Part shown: piece by piece, positions 63,735 through 64,000 of the stretch
Layout: every line of letters starts with the position of its first letter
Numbering within the stretch: the stretch's first letter is position 1
Assembly: GCA_963715985.1 (NCBI GenBank)
Contig: CAVQSP010000010.1
Coordinates: 243,679 to 307,678, forward strand
DNA length: 64,000 nucleotides
From: an uncultured Thermoleophilia bacterium
Lineage (GTDB): Bacteria > Actinomycetota > Thermoleophilia > UBA2241
Direction: 5' to 3'
Notes under the pieces: model-generated
What the model was told of the DNA's origin: nothing
Database searches by the model: none
The model's input: only the letters and a program-made list of their open reading frames with translations
Position numbers and translations under genes: made by a program

Positions 63735-64000
63735 TGAAGGGTCCGTTGGTATCAGCGCCTGACGACCGTGCAGCCGTGCCTGCACGGGTCGGCCCGTGTG
63801 CGTGGCAGGCGACGTCTGGCCTACGCCGTGGGTCCCTCTTCTCCGCCGCTCATGGGCGAGTATCTCCTCGAGAACCTCAAGTTCACGGAGCTCTATCTCC
63901 ACTTGAGCTTGCCGGACGCGCGCGGCGTCGGGTGCCCCCAGGGCGCGGATCGCCGCGAACCTCCGTCTGCACACGAGCGTCCCACGAGTAGGGGCACGGA

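Overview
High-GC bacterial chromosomal segment. Gene content and codon style suggest Actinomycetota, possibly Thermoleophilia-like (inference). Many genes carry single-base indels that look like long-read consensus errors. 1-9.7 kb: guanidino/amide catabolism, TetR, trpB2 with a Trp-rich leader peptide, and a REC-GGDEF-EAL protein. 9.7-31 kb and 36-38.6 kb: a cell-surface polysaccharide locus (Wzz/Wzx/Wzy, four GT4, three ATP-grasp ligases, two deacetylases, MBOAT plus two SGNH proteins). 31-36 kb: a tauE-comA-phosphatase sulfur module with LysR. 38.8-46 kb: housekeeping genes including archease-rtcB and a vapBC pair. From tRNA-Ile(GAT) at 46172 to the end lies an accessory region with no recognisable integrase in the window. 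Its 1-3-gene cargo units are separated by tRNA-Ala half-genes: two 3' halves, then three 5' halves (two with an intact -10 box). The boundaries also carry 11-bp-phased CTGCAACC repeats and a second, attC-like hairpin repeat. This candidate tRNA-half-delimited cassette array is the main novelty. IS1380 and IS3 elements interrupt two cargo genes.
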